DNA from: Escherichia coli
Lineage (GTDB): Bacteria > Pseudomonadota > Gammaproteobacteria > Enterobacterales > Enterobacteriaceae
Assembly: GCF_050320075.1 (NCBI RefSeq)
Contig: NZ_CP190018.1
DNA length: 64,000 bases
Direction: 5' to 3' (one strand)
Shown here: positions 43,023-54,996 of the stretch, in pieces
How the letters are laid out: each line of letters begins with the position of its first letter
Numbering within the stretch: the first letter of the stretch is position 1
Notes under the pieces: model-generated
The model's database searches: none
The model's input: only the letters and a program-made list of their open reading frames with translations
What the model was told of the DNA's origin: nothing
Position numbers and translations under genes: made by a program

Positions 43023-45282
43023 ACATCTGACGGTTTTTATTGAAGTTAATCAAACTACCCGCCTTGATAATCTCGCGCTCTTCGGCCGTCAGGCTTTCCA
43101 TGTAAAGCGTAATTTCCGTTACCGGCGCATCTTCATGGATCACATAACCTTTAAACGTCGTACCCGGATTATCCAGCGCTGCTTTAATGCCAGGGATGTA
43201 AATGTAATCACCTACGTCAAAGTTCGGTGCTTCCGCCATCTGCAGCGGTAACATCCCCCAGTTGATGACGTTAGAACGATAGCGTTTAGTCGCGTACTCC
43301 TCGGCAATATTCGCCAGACCGCCAATCACACGCTGACAACTCGCCGCCTGTTCACGCGCAGACCCATCGCCTGGTTTCACCGCATAAACCATGCTGCCAA
43401 TTTCAGTTTGCAGCGGATCAATATGCTCCTGACCAGCAATCTGCTTAATGCGCGCAAACACCTCTGTCAGCTCGCTGACATTTCCCGCCAGACGCTGATT
43501 TTCCAGCTCAGCAGTCGCTTTACTTCTACCAACATAACCTGGATCGCGGCGTGACAGGGTAAACTCCGTCAGACCAATCGGATTTGAACGATAAGAAGAG
43601 GTTTCACCGGAAGGAATCAGTTCGTCGGTGGTGGTCACTTCGTCGAGGATCTTCGAGCACACTTTGAGGACGATATTGTCAGTCAGCGCACCCAATTCTG
43701 GCCAGTCTTTAATGTTCGGTCCGTAAATCAGCGGTTGCTGGGTCGCCCCTTTCACAAAGCCCTGATAAACACGGTTTTTATACGGCGTTACATCGAAGGC
43801 GTACTCCGGCACGTTGTCCCAGCAATCCAGCTCGCTGGCAGAGGTTAAATAGCCACCGTTTGCCGCAGTCGCCGCAATAGAACGAGCGTCCATCAACGCC
43901 ACCGCTGACATCTGCCCATTAGCTGGCTTAGAGCCTTCGCGGTTCGGGAAGTTACGCGTGGTGTGGCGAATACTCAAACCGTTGTTGATTGGCGTATCGC
44001 CCGCGCCAAAGCATGGGCCGCAGAACGCGGTTCTGATGATTGAGCCTGCGCCAATCAAATCTGCGACCACACCTTTTTTGGCGAGATCCATAAACACCGG
44101 CTGTGATGACGGGTAAACCGCCAGCGAGAAGGTGTCATTGCCACAGGATTGACCGCGCAGTGCATTCGCCGCCGCGATGACGTTTTCGTAGTTACCGCCA
44201 GAACAGCCCGCGATAATCCCCTGCTGCACTTTCAGGCGACCGTTTTCGACTTTATCCAGCAGCGAGAGTTTGGCTTTACCGTGCGCCACGCGTTCGGACT
44301 CAATTTCAATCTCACGCAGAATGTCGGTCAGGTTCTGGTTCAGCGTGTCGATTTCATAGACGTTGCTCGGGTGGAACGGCAGCGCAATCATTGGTTTGAT
44401 GGCGCTTAAATCAACGCTGATGCAGCCATCGTAGTACGCCATTGGTTGAGGGTTAAGCTGGCAGTAATCCTGGCCGCGACCGTGCAACGCCAGCCAGTTA
44501 TGGACTTCTTCATCGGTTTGCCAGACAGAACTTAAACAGGTCGTTTCAGTGGTCATCACGTCAACGCTGTTGCGGAAATCGGTAGAGAGCGCTGCAACAC
44601 CGGGACCTACGAACTCCATCACTTTGTTTTTGACGTAACCGTTTTTGAACACGGCACCGATGATAGCCAGCGCCACATCCTGCGGCCCCACATACGGCGC
44701 AGGTTTTCCGGTCAGATGCACCGCAACCACGCCCGGATAGTCGATATCCCAGGTGTCATTAAGCAGTTGTTTTACCAACTCGCCGCCGCCCTCGCCAACC
44801 GCCATTGTCCCTAACGCACCGTAACGGGTATGGCTGTCTGACCCGAGGATCATTTTGCCGCCGCCTGCCATCATCTCACGCATATATTGATGGATGACCG
44901 CAATGTGCGGAGGCACAAAAATACCGCCATAACGCTGGGCTGCCGATAAACCAAAAACATGATCATCACCGTTAATAGTGCCGCCGACGGCGCAGAGTGA
45001 GTTATGGCAGTTGGTCAGCACATACGGCAGCGGGAAACGTTCCATACCGGACGCTTTAGCGGTCTGTACAATACCAACAAAGGTAATATCGTGAGAGGCT
45101 AATGAATCAAACTTAATTTTAAGTTTATCCATATTTCCGGACGTATTATGAGAAGAGAGAATAGACCAGGCAATAGTGCCTTTTTTGGCTTCTTCTTTTT
45201 TAATTTCGCCGGTGAAATGTTCTTCGGCAATTATTTCGTTATTACTGGCGAGAAACACGCCTTTTTCAGATAACTTGATCAT
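43021..45282 (-). CDS. ybhJ: Aconitase-family protein YbhJ
   Basis: [79 protein letters not shown]... aconitase-like; 753 aa from the second Met. Confidence 0.88.
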   Translation of the reverse strand: MIKLSEKGVFLASNNEIIAEEHFTGEIKKEEAKKGTIAWSILSSHNTSGNMDKLKIKFDSLASHDITFVGIVQTAKASGMERFPLPYVLTNCHNSLCAVGGTINGDDHVFGLSAAQRYGGIFVPPHIAVIHQYMREMMAGGGKMILGSDSHTRYGALGTMAVGEGGGELVKQLLNDTWDIDYPGVVAVHLTGKPAPYVGPQDVALAIIGAVFKNGYVKNKVMEFVGPGVAALSTDFRNSVDVMTTETTCLSSVWQTDEEVHNWLALHGRGQDYCQLNPQPMAYYDGCISVDLSAIKPMIALPFHPSNVYEIDTLNQNLTDILREIEIESERVAHGKAKLSLLDKVENGRLKVQQGIIAGCSGGNYENVIAAANALRGQSCGNDTFSLAVYPSSQPVFMDLAKKGVVADLIGAGSIIRTAFCGPCFGAGDTPINNGLSIRHTTRNFPNREGSKPANGQMSAVALMDARSIAATAANGGYLTSASELDCWDNVPEYAFDVTPYKNRVYQGFVKGATQQPLIYGPNIKDWPELGALTDNIVLKVCSKILDEVTTTDELIPSGETSSYRSNPIGLTEFTLSRRDPGYVGRSKATAELENQRLAGNVSELTEVFARIKQIAGQEHIDPLQTEIGSMVYAVKPGDGSAREQAASCQRVIGGLANIAEEYATKRYRSNVINWGMLPLQMAEAPNFDVGDYIYIPGIKAALDNPGTTFKGYVIHEDAPVTEITLYMESLTAEEREIIKAGSLINFNKNRQM

Positions 45283-45464
45283 CAAATGCTCCAGATATCT
45301 GCGCACCGGAAAGTGCGCAGAAAGATAATAAATGGATATACTCTAAATAATTCGAGTTGCAGGAAGGCGACAAGAGAGTGAATCCCCAGGCGCTTACATA
45401 AGTAAGTGACTGGGGTGAGCGAACGCAGACGCAGCACATGCAACTTGAAGTATGACGAGTATAT

Positions 45465-46898
45465 TTACAGCATGTTCCAGCCGATCAGCATATTCCACCA
45501 CCACACGCCGAGGGTGATATGCACCAGGAAGGTTAATATCGTCAGTACCGCACCGACCAACCACCAGGATTTAATATCGTTGTAACCCACGCCAAAGATG
45601 ACCGGACCTGCCGCGCCGCCATAGTGAGTAACCATGCCGCCATAGGAGTTAGAGAACAACAGTGCCAGCGCGGTTAACATTAACGGTGCGCCGGAGACAT
45701 TCGCCAGCATGGCAAATACCGGTAACATGGCAACGATATAGGCACTACCAGAAGCGAAGAAATAACGCACGATGATGCTGAGGAAAATAATAACGAAGAA
45801 AGCAACGTTCCCGTGACCATCAAATGCCAGGTTATTTTTAAAGACTTCAGCTAACCATTCGAAGAATTTAACTTTCGATAATAAGGAGCTTAAGCCGATA
45901 ATACCGCCGTACCAGATTAAGGTATTCCAGCCGCCTTTATTTTTAACCACGTCTTCCCAGGTAACGATACCCAGCAGCAGCATAGTTGCCATAACAACGA
46001 TTGCCACGGTGGATTCATCAACCCCCAGAGACTTACTGAAAATCCAGCCCAGCAGCGCCAGCACAAAGACACCGAGCAGCATTTTTTCGCGGATTTTCAT
46101 CGGTCCCAGTTCGGCAAGGCCCGCTTTAGCGATGGTTTTGTTATCCACCTTCTTAATTTCTGGTGGATACATGGTGTAAATCACCAGCGGGGTGACCAGC
46201 AGCATAATGATGCCAGGCAATCCGGCGGCTAGCGCCCATCCACCCCAGCTAATTTGCAGGTGCAGAATGTCGTTGATCATTTTCAGCGCCAGAATGTTCC
46301 CCGCCATTGCGGTAAAGAACATATAGCTGGTGGTTTTGGTGACCATGTAAATGGACATCATCAGGTAATGTCCGACACGACGCGGACTTTTTTCCGGTTC
46401 TGACCCCAAAGCCACCGCCACGCTGTTGATGATCGGTAACACAATGCCGCCCGCACGCGCGGTGTTAGACGGTGTTGCCGGAGCCAGTACCAGATCGAGA
46501 AATACCGTAACGTAACCCAGACCCAGGGTAGTGCTACCAATTTTACCAATCAGCAGATAGGCAATACGTTTACCTAAGCCTGTGGTTACAAACGCGGCGC
46601 TTAAAGTAAACGCAGAAAACACCAGCCAGGTGGTACCGGAAGAGTAACCGCTTAATACGGCGGTGGTTTTAAATTCCCCACCTGATAAGTTACCCACCAC
46701 TACCATCGATGCGGCGACGGCAATTAACAGTACGACAGGTTCCGGGAAAGGCTTGATAACCAGCCCCACAATGGCCGCCAGGTAAATACCAAAAAGCACC
46801 CACGCCAGTTCGCTTAATCCTGCTGGAGCTGGCATAAAGCCAATAATACATGGGATTGCTAATATCAGAATTAGCTTCCATAACGATTTCTTATTCAT
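45465..46898 (-). CDS. ybhI: DASS-family anion transporter YbhI
   Basis: 477-aa polytopic membrane ORF MNKKSLWKLILILAIPCIIGFMPAPAGLSELAWVLFGIYLAAIVGLVIKPFPEP... Confidence 0.88.
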   Translation of the reverse strand: MNKKSLWKLILILAIPCIIGFMPAPAGLSELAWVLFGIYLAAIVGLVIKPFPEPVVLLIAVAASMVVVGNLSGGEFKTTAVLSGYSSGTTWLVFSAFTLSAAFVTTGLGKRIAYLLIGKIGSTTLGLGYVTVFLDLVLAPATPSNTARAGGIVLPIINSVAVALGSEPEKSPRRVGHYLMMSIYMVTKTTSYMFFTAMAGNILALKMINDILHLQISWGGWALAAGLPGIIMLLVTPLVIYTMYPPEIKKVDNKTIAKAGLAELGPMKIREKMLLGVFVLALLGWIFSKSLGVDESTVAIVVMATMLLLGIVTWEDVVKNKGGWNTLIWYGGIIGLSSLLSKVKFFEWLAEVFKNNLAFDGHGNVAFFVIIFLSIIVRYFFASGSAYIVAMLPVFAMLANVSGAPLMLTALALLFSNSYGGMVTHYGGAAGPVIFGVGYNDIKSWWLVGAVLTILTFLVHITLGVWWWNMLIGWNML

Positions 46899-46973
46899 TT
46901 AATATCCTGTTCTTTCTGTATGACTCATACAGAAGTCCTTTATTGATTGTCCTTATCCTGACAACGAATTTTT

Positions 46974-48026
46974 TCAGGGAAGATAAACTTCACCGGAAAA
47001 TATTTTTCTGGTCGTCCGAATAACAGATGCGCGTAACGTCGTGGCATCCTGACCTTCATTACTTAAATGAACGTCGAGCGCACCACTGGGGTGTTCAATA
47101 TTGATATTGCCGTATCCTACAGAAGGGACGATTTGTCGGGTGACGGTGCCTTCCAATGCACAACTACTGGAAATAGCAATAGCACCGGTTATCGCCAAAG
47201 CGCGATGGCAAGAATGCGGCATAAAATAACGCACATTAATTGCCCCGCCTTTCTGCGCTGGAGAAATAAGTACAGGTTTAGGGATAACCATATTACTGAC
47301 ATCGCCTAAGCCCATTGCTTTACCCGCTTGTAGACGGATAGATTCAATGCGAGCTAATAATGCTTTGTCGGCATCCAACTCCGTCGGTAATTCATAGCCT
47401 GTTTTTCCCAGATATTCAGCAGGAATAATGACAACTGGCATCGCCATATCGATACAGGTCACCGGGACATCGTCAAAATAATCAATCTGATTATCCGTCG
47501 GGAAGACTTTTCCGGTTTTGGTTCCGGCGGCATTCAGGAAAGTGAGCGCAACCGGTGCGGCAGTACCCGGTACGCCGTCAATTCTGGCGCTGCCCTCGTA
47601 CTCGACAACACCATTTGGCGTTTGCACATCAGCTTCGGTGAACGTACCCGTATTGACGTTGCGGATACGTACGCGGGTAACTGGCGAAGTCGCTGCAATC
47701 AAACCATTTTCAATGGCGAATGCCCCAACGCCAGACAGCATATTGCCGCAGTTAGGCGTGGTATCGACACGTTGCTCATGGACGATAACTTGAGCAAACA
47801 GATAATCGACATCTGCACGCGGATCGCTGGAGCGGCTAATAATGGCGACTTTACTGGTCAGCGGATTACCGCCGCCAATACCGTCAATTTCCAGATCGTT
47901 ACCGGAACCCATAATTGCCATCAATATTTTATCGCGCTGCGTTTGATCTTCGGGTAGATGTTCCGCTAACAGGAACGCGCCCCTCGAGGTTCCACCTCGC
48001 ATCATCACGCAGGGTATTTTTTTCAT
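46974..48026 (-). CDS. ybhH: PrpF-family putative isomerase YbhH
   Basis: 350-aa ORF MKKIPCVMMRGGTSRGAFLLAEHLPEDQTQRDKILMAIMGSGNDLEIDGIGGGNPLTSKVAII... Confidence 0.88.
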   Translation of the reverse strand: MKKIPCVMMRGGTSRGAFLLAEHLPEDQTQRDKILMAIMGSGNDLEIDGIGGGNPLTSKVAIISRSSDPRADVDYLFAQVIVHEQRVDTTPNCGNMLSGVGAFAIENGLIAATSPVTRVRIRNVNTGTFTEADVQTPNGVVEYEGSARIDGVPGTAAPVALTFLNAAGTKTGKVFPTDNQIDYFDDVPVTCIDMAMPVVIIPAEYLGKTGYELPTELDADKALLARIESIRLQAGKAMGLGDVSNMVIPKPVLISPAQKGGAINVRYFMPHSCHRALAITGAIAISSSCALEGTVTRQIVPSVGYGNINIEHPSGALDVHLSNEGQDATTLRASVIRTTRKIFSGEVYLP

Positions 48027-48209
48027 AATAATGCCCTCAATTTAAAAACATAACTTATTGCGATATGGTTACATTAAGGGCAAAGCATCTCTAATGACTT
48101 TAGCTCAACGATTAATAACATTTTTTCATTAATTTAAGTTGGTTAAATGCAGTTAAAATTTTTAACGGTCAGCCACCCAAAATCGACGCTTCCATTTTCC
48201 GGAGTAATA

Positions 48210-49163
48210 ATGAAGCATGAATTATCAAGTATGAAGGCATTTGTCATACTGGCAGAGTCCAGTTCATTTAACAATGCCGCTAAATTACTCAATATTACGC
48301 AACCTGCATTAACGCGAAGAATAAAAAAGATGGAGGAAGATTTACATATCCAACTATTTGAGCGTACAACTCGCAAGGTTACGTTAACAAAAGTAGGAAA
48401 AAGATTGCTCCCGGAGGCGCGGGAATTAATAAAGAAATTCGATGAAACGCTTTTTAATATTCGTGATATGAATGCTTATCATCGTGGTATGGTGACATTA
48501 GCGTGTATTCCGACCGCAGTATTTTATTTTTTACCGCTGGCAATCGGTAAATTTAATGAGCTGTATCCCAATATTAAAGTGCGGATTCTGGAACAAGGCA
48601 CGAATAATTGCATGGAATCGGTGCTGTGTAACGAATCAGACTTTGGCATAAACATGAACAACGTCACAAATTCATCCATCGATTTTACCCCACTGGTCAA
48701 CGAGCCGTTCGTGCTGGCCTGTCGGCGTGACCATCCATTGGTCAAAAAGCAGCTTGTAGAATGGCAGGAGTTAGTGGGTTACAAAATGATTGGCGTACGC
48801 TCCTCCAGCGGCAACCGACTGTTGATAGAACAACAGCTAGCCGACAAGCCCTGGAAGCTGGACTGGTTTTACGAAGTGCGTCATCTTTCGACGTCATTAG
48901 GACTGGTGGAGGCAGGACTGGGGATTTCGGCGCTTCCTGGTCTGGCAATGCCCCATGCGCCCTATTCTTCGATTATTGGTATCCCACTGGTGGAACCCGT
49001 TATACGTCGGACATTGGGGATTATTCGCCGCAAAGATGCCGTGCTTTCTCCGGCAGCTGAACGCTTTTTTGCCTTGCTGATTAATTTGTGGACTGACGAT
49101 AAAGACAATTTGTGGACCAATATCGTCGAACGCCAGAGACATGCGTTACAGGAGATAGGTTAA
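48210..49163 (+). CDS. ybhD: LysR-family transcriptional regulator YbhD (divergent from ybhH)
   Basis: MKHELSSMKAFVILAESSSFNNAAKLLNITQPALTRRIKKMEEDLHIQLFERTTRKVTLTKVGKRLL... LysR HTH; 317 aa from the internal Met. Confidence 0.9.
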   Translation: MKHELSSMKAFVILAESSSFNNAAKLLNITQPALTRRIKKMEEDLHIQLFERTTRKVTLTKVGKRLLPEARELIKKFDETLFNIRDMNAYHRGMVTLACIPTAVFYFLPLAIGKFNELYPNIKVRILEQGTNNCMESVLCNESDFGINMNNVTNSSIDFTPLVNEPFVLACRRDHPLVKKQLVEWQELVGYKMIGVRSSSGNRLLIEQQLADKPWKLDWFYEVRHLSTSLGLVEAGLGISALPGLAMPHAPYSSIIGIPLVEPVIRRTLGIIRRKDAVLSPAAERFFALLINLWTDDKDNLWTNIVERQRHALQEIG

Positions 49164-49167
49164 TACA

Positions 49168-49191
49168 CCGGCGCAGGAGAGACTGCGCCGG
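49168..49191. terminator. Bidirectional terminator hairpin between convergent ybhD and pgl
   Basis: CCGGCGCAG-GAGAGA-CTGCGCCGG inverted repeat. Confidence 0.6.
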
Positions 49192-49203
49192 GTAAATCAG
49201 CGG

Positions 49204-50235
<1,032 letters not shown>

Positions 50236-50353
50236 CTAAAATTAGTCGCTTTTGGCGGTGAATGCTGAATTAAAACGCAGAATTTTGTCCGATAGTGGTA
50301 TCGGTGTACCATTCGCGCAGAAGAAAATTCTTAACCTTAATCTGGAATACGCC

Positions 50354-51172
50354 ATGACCACACGCGTGATTGCTCTCGACTTAGACGGCACCTTATTGAC
50401 CCCGAAAAAGACCTTGCTTCCATCATCGATAGAAGCCCTGGCCCGCGCTCGCGAAGCAGGCTATCAATTAATCATCGTCACAGGTCGCCATCACGTCGCT
50501 ATTCATCCTTTTTATCAGGCGCTGGCGCTGGATACACCTGCTATTTGCTGTAATGGCACCTATTTGTATGATTATCATGCAAAAACAGTGCTGGAAGCGG
50601 ACCCAATGCCCGTTAATAAAGCCCTGCAACTCATTGAGATGCTGAATGAACACCACATTCACGGTCTGATGTATGTCGATGATGCAATGGTCTATGAGCA
50701 CCCGACCGGGCATGTCATTCGCACGTCTAACTGGGCGCAAACCCTGCCGCCGGAACAGCGTCCGACTTTCACACAAGTCGCTTCTCTGGCTGAAACGGCG
50801 CAACAAGTTAACGCCGTATGGAAGTTCGCCCTGACGCACGATGACCTGCCGCAATTGCAGCATTTTGGTAAGCATGTCGAACATGAACTGGGACTTGAGT
50901 GTGAATGGTCCTGGCACGATCAGGTTGATATTGCACGCGGCGGCAACAGCAAAGGTAAACGTTTGGCGAAATGGGTTGAGGCACAAGGTTGGTCGATGGA
51001 AAACGTCGTGGCATTCGGCGATAACTTTAATGATATCAGTATGCTGGAAGCCGCTGGTACAGGCGTGGCGATGGGCAACGCCGATGATGCGGTAAAAGCG
51101 CGCGCCAACATTGTGATTGGTGATAACACCACCGACAGCATTGCCCGGTTCATTTATAGCCACCTGATTTAA
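50354..51172 (+). CDS. ybhA: HAD-family (Cof-type) pyridoxal phosphate phosphatase YbhA
   Basis: MTTRVIALDLDGTLLTPKKTLLPSSIEALARAREAGYQLIIVTGRHH... HAD motif DLDGTLL; 272 aa. Confidence 0.92.
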   Translation: MTTRVIALDLDGTLLTPKKTLLPSSIEALARAREAGYQLIIVTGRHHVAIHPFYQALALDTPAICCNGTYLYDYHAKTVLEADPMPVNKALQLIEMLNEHHIHGLMYVDDAMVYEHPTGHVIRTSNWAQTLPPEQRPTFTQVASLAETAQQVNAVWKFALTHDDLPQLQHFGKHVEHELGLECEWSWHDQVDIARGGNSKGKRLAKWVEAQGWSMENVVAFGDNFNDISMLEAAGTGVAMGNADDAVKARANIVIGDNTTDSIARFIYSHLI

Positions 51173-52231
51173 TCAGGCGGTTATCGACACACTTTTAATT
51201 TGCGCGTACAGCCACAGGCCTGGTTTGATCGCCAGTTCATCCCTGGCCCACGGGCTGATACGCGCCCACAGCGTTTTACCGCCGACTTCCAGCTCCACTT
51301 CCACCTGGCCGTTGTCGTCATAACTATTAACAACTTTTGCCCGCAATACGTTACGAATGCTGGTTTGCTGCGGCGGTTGTAAAACCAGAGAAACATCGGA
51401 AGCCTGAATGCGGATACGTAGCGCAGCTTGCAGCGGTTCGTCCAGCTTATTGACCCACAAATGCTGATCGCCCAGCGCCAGCGCGGTCATCGCGTAATGC
51501 GGATGATGCTCAAGCACCGTCACTTTCAGAATGCTACTTTGTTGCTCTTTCGGCAGCCACGGATTCATCACGCTACTGCCCCACACTTCCTCCAGCGCGC
51601 CAAAGGCTTTCACCTGACCGTTTTCCAGTACCATCACTCTGTCTGCCAGATGGAGGATCTCATCCAGCGAATGGCTGACATACAACATCGGAATGTTGAT
51701 TTCCCGTATCAGCCGTTGCAGATAAGGCAACAGTTCGCGTTTACGCGGAATATCCAGTGACGCCAGCGGTTCATCCAGCAACAGCAATTCCGGTGCTGTC
51801 AGCAAAGCCCGACCAATCGCCACGCGCTGTTTTTCGCCTCCGGACAGGCTGCCTGGTAAACGGTCAAGCAACGGTTCAATGCCTAAAAGCGCCACCAGCT
51901 TATCGAACTGATCGACCATACTTTTCGACATGCCGTAGCGCAGATTGCCACGCACTTTGTAATGCGGGAACAGCCGTGCATCCTGAAAAACATAGCCAAC
52001 GCGACGCTTTTCTGGCGTCAGGCAGATACCTTTTTCGGCATCATTTAGTACCCGCCCATTGAGGACAATCCGCCCTTTTTGCGGGCGCGTCAGTCCACTG
52101 ATGGCGTTAATCAGCGAAGTTTTTCCGGCACCGGAGACGCCAAAGATAGCAGTGATGCCATTGGCGGGCAGCGTTTCATTAATGGTCAGGCAATGGTTGC
52201 CCAACGTCTGGGAAAAATTCAGTTCCAGCAT
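51173..52231 (-). CDS. modC: Molybdate ABC transporter ATP-binding protein ModC
   Basis: 352-aa [50 protein letters not shown]... Walker A and ABC signature ([15 protein letters not shown]). Confidence 0.95.
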   Translation of the reverse strand: MLELNFSQTLGNHCLTINETLPANGITAIFGVSGAGKTSLINAISGLTRPQKGRIVLNGRVLNDAEKGICLTPEKRRVGYVFQDARLFPHYKVRGNLRYGMSKSMVDQFDKLVALLGIEPLLDRLPGSLSGGEKQRVAIGRALLTAPELLLLDEPLASLDIPRKRELLPYLQRLIREINIPMLYVSHSLDEILHLADRVMVLENGQVKAFGALEEVWGSSVMNPWLPKEQQSSILKVTVLEHHPHYAMTALALGDQHLWVNKLDEPLQAALRIRIQASDVSLVLQPPQQTSIRNVLRAKVVNSYDDNGQVEVELEVGGKTLWARISPWARDELAIKPGLWLYAQIKSVSITA

Positions 52232-52233
52232 GA

Positions 52234-52923
52234 TTAGCGCCCCGCCCGTTCACGGCTGATTCTGGCCAGCCATTCTGAAATCAACAGGGAGATCATCGCC
52301 AGTGCAATAGAAATAATGCACAGTCTCGCCGCGCCACTTTCCCCGCCGGGAGTCTGGATCAGGGTATACATGGCAGAAGGAATGGTTCGCGTTTCACCAG
52401 GAATGTTCGACACAAAGGTGATGGTTGCACCAAACTCACCGAGAGAACGAGCAAAAGCCAGTACCGTACCAACAATAATGCCCGGTAAGGTCAGCGGTAA
52501 CGTGATAGTAAAGAAAACGCGCCAGCGCCCGGCACCCAGTGTTCTTGCGGCCTGTTCCAGTTTGACATCAACCCCTTCCAGCGCCAGACGAATTGCCCGC
52601 ACCATCAGCGGAAACGACATGACGGCGGCAGCGAGAACCGCGCCGCGCCAGCTAAACGCGAAAGAAAGACCAAACCAGTCATACAGACGTTCACCGATAA
52701 ATCCGCGCCGTCCCATCGAAACTAATAATAAGTAACCGACGACCACGGGCGGTAACACCAGCGGTAGATGCAGTACGCTATCGAGCAGAGCTTTGCCCGG
52801 AAACGTGCAACGTACCAGTAACCAGGCAAAAAAGATCCCAAACGGCAGGCTAAACAGCACAGCCAGGGAAGAAACTTTCAGGCTTAATAAAACTGCCTGC
52901 CATTCTGGATCGGTCAGTATCAT
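52234..52923 (-). CDS. modB: Molybdate ABC transporter permease ModB
   Basis: 229-aa membrane [52 protein letters not shown]... Confidence 0.95.
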   Translation of the reverse strand: MILTDPEWQAVLLSLKVSSLAVLFSLPFGIFFAWLLVRCTFPGKALLDSVLHLPLVLPPVVVGYLLLVSMGRRGFIGERLYDWFGLSFAFSWRGAVLAAAVMSFPLMVRAIRLALEGVDVKLEQAARTLGAGRWRVFFTITLPLTLPGIIVGTVLAFARSLGEFGATITFVSNIPGETRTIPSAMYTLIQTPGGESGAARLCIISIALAMISLLISEWLARISRERAGR

Positions 52924-53696
52924 TACTTGGTTGTAAATCCGTAACGTTTAAAGATTTCCGCAGCCTGCGGCCCCTTCAGATAATCATAAAATGCTATCAC
53001 TGTCGCATTATTATGCCCTTCCACAACAGCAACCGGATATTCCACTTTTTTATGTGAATCTTCCGGGAAGGTGGCAACCACTTTTACCCCTTTGCTGGCA
53101 ACTGCGTCAGAACCGTAAACAATACCCAGCGGCGCTTCATTGCGTTCGACCAACGCCAGCGCGCCACGAACATCTTCCGCCGGAGCCAGTTTCGGGGAGA
53201 GCGTATCCCATGCGCCCAGTTTTTGCAGTGCTTCTTTTGCATAAATGCCAGCAGGGACATGTTCCGGATCGCCAACCGCGAGGCGACCGCCATTCAGCAG
53301 CGAAGTCCAGTTAGTTTTGCTGTCGATGGTGAAATCTTTCTGCTCGCTGGCTTTCGGTGCTACAACGACCAGGCTATTGCCGAGCAGTGTCTGGCGCGAA
53401 GCCGTATCGATCGCTTTTTTATCAACCGCATAATCCATCCATTTCTGATCGGCAGAAATAAACAGATCCGCAGGCGCACCCGCTTCAATCTGACGGGCCA
53501 AAGTAGATGACGAAGCGAAAGAAGAAACCACATCCACGCCTTTCTCTTTTTTATACTGCGTAGCAATGTCCTGCATTGCGTTAGTCAGTGATGCGGCGGC
53601 GAACACCGTGATTTTCCCTTCATCTGCCAGTGCATTGCCAGCAACAGCGAAAGAGAGTGCCGCCCCGGTAAACAAGTTCAACCATTTACGAGCCAT
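52923..53696 (-). CDS. modA: Molybdate ABC transporter periplasmic binding protein ModA
   Basis: 257-aa ORF MARKWLNLFTGAALSFAVAGNALADEGKITVFAAASLTNAMQDIATQYKKEKG... Confidence 0.95.
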   Translation of the reverse strand: MARKWLNLFTGAALSFAVAGNALADEGKITVFAAASLTNAMQDIATQYKKEKGVDVVSSFASSSTLARQIEAGAPADLFISADQKWMDYAVDKKAIDTASRQTLLGNSLVVVAPKASEQKDFTIDSKTNWTSLLNGGRLAVGDPEHVPAGIYAKEALQKLGAWDTLSPKLAPAEDVRGALALVERNEAPLGIVYGSDAVASKGVKVVATFPEDSHKKVEYPVAVVEGHNNATVIAFYDYLKGPQAAEIFKRYGFTTK

Positions 53697-53713
53697 TGGT
53701 AACCCCTTAATCT

Positions 53714-53740
53714 AACGTTATGTAGGCGTCAATATAACGG
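53714..53740. promoter_or_regulatory. ModE operator in the modABC promoter (CGTTATAT...ATATAACG inverted repeat)
   Basis: Minus-strand sequence CCGTTATATTGACGCCTACATAACGTTAGATTAAGGGGTT upstream of modA matches the known modA operator architecture. Confidence 0.7.
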
Positions 53741-53862
53741 CAAGTTCGGAATTTTCCCAGCAGTTATTTCTAACCTTTGTGAGGTAGATGAGAAAAAATA
53801 TCGGCAGGAAAAGCAGGAAGTTGAGAAAAAGAAAATGCCCGACTAAGCGGGCATTCAGGGAA

Positions 53863-54030
<168 letters not shown>

Positions 54031-54140
54031 TCATGAGACTATTCTAACCGCTAAGCACAGAAAAGCACTCCCCTTTTGTGCGGTCAGCTTTGCGTGGCGT
54101 TCGTTTTCCGTCACAATAAGACTTTTGCCAGGATATTGTT

Positions 54141-54929
54141 ATGCAGGCCGAAATCCTTCTCACCCTTAAGCTCCAACAAAAATTATTCGCCGACCCGCGC
54201 CGCATTTCGCTACTAAAACACATTGCGCTTTCCGGTTCCATTAGCCAGGGAGCGAAAGATGCCGGTATCAGCTATAAAAGCGCCTGGGATGCCATTAACG
54301 AAATGAATCAGTTAAGTGAGCATATTCTGGTCGAGCGCGCAACAGGCGGTAAAGGTGGCGGCGGCGCGATGCTGACTCGCTATGGTCAGCGACTGATTCA
54401 GCTCTATGACTTACTGGCGCAAATCCAGCAAAAAGCCTTTGATGTGTTAAGTGACGATGACGCCCTGCCGCTGAACAGCCTGCTGGCCGCGATCTCACGT
54501 TTTTCACTGCAAACCAGCGCCCGTAACCAGTGGTTCGGTACCATCACCGCCCGCGATCATGATGACGTTCAACAGCATGTTGATGTCTTACTGGCTGATG
54601 GAAAAACACGCCTGAAAGTCGCAATTACCGCACAAAGCGGCGCGCGTCTGGGGCTGGATGAAGGCAAAGAAGTGTTGATATTGCTAAAAGCGCCGTGGGT
54701 AGGCATTACTCAGGACGAAGCGATCGCGCAAAACGCCGACAACCAATTACCGGGTATTATTAGTCATATTGAGCGTGGCGCAGAGCAGTGCGAAGTAATA
54801 ATGTCGCTACCCGACGGGCAAACACTGTGCGCCACAGTGCCGGTAAATGAAGCGACTTCTCTTCAGCAAGGACAGAATGTCACGGCCTACTTTAATGCCG
54901 ACAGCGTGATTATCGCCACGCTGTGCTAA
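54141..54929 (+). CDS. modE: Molybdate-responsive transcriptional regulator ModE
   Basis: 262-aa ORF MQAEILLTLKLQQKLFADPRRISLLKHIALSGSISQGAKDAGISYKSAWDAINEMNQLSEH... Confidence 0.95.
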   Translation: MQAEILLTLKLQQKLFADPRRISLLKHIALSGSISQGAKDAGISYKSAWDAINEMNQLSEHILVERATGGKGGGGAMLTRYGQRLIQLYDLLAQIQQKAFDVLSDDDALPLNSLLAAISRFSLQTSARNQWFGTITARDHDDVQQHVDVLLADGKTRLKVAITAQSGARLGLDEGKEVLILLKAPWVGITQDEAIAQNADNQLPGIISHIERGAEQCEVIMSLPDGQTLCATVPVNEATSLQQGQNVTAYFNADSVIIATLC

Positions 54930-54996
54930 GCGTGTTGACAATTTGTTATGAAACACGTATCCCTGTCAGTAATCGCTGCACAAAATGGGATATAAA

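Noticed and set aside
50468-51163. 231-aa minus-strand ORF inside ybhA, and similar antisense ORFs within galE (56870..57712) and galK (59384..59884)
   Set aside because: Antisense to highly conserved, well-identified host genes; no independent support.
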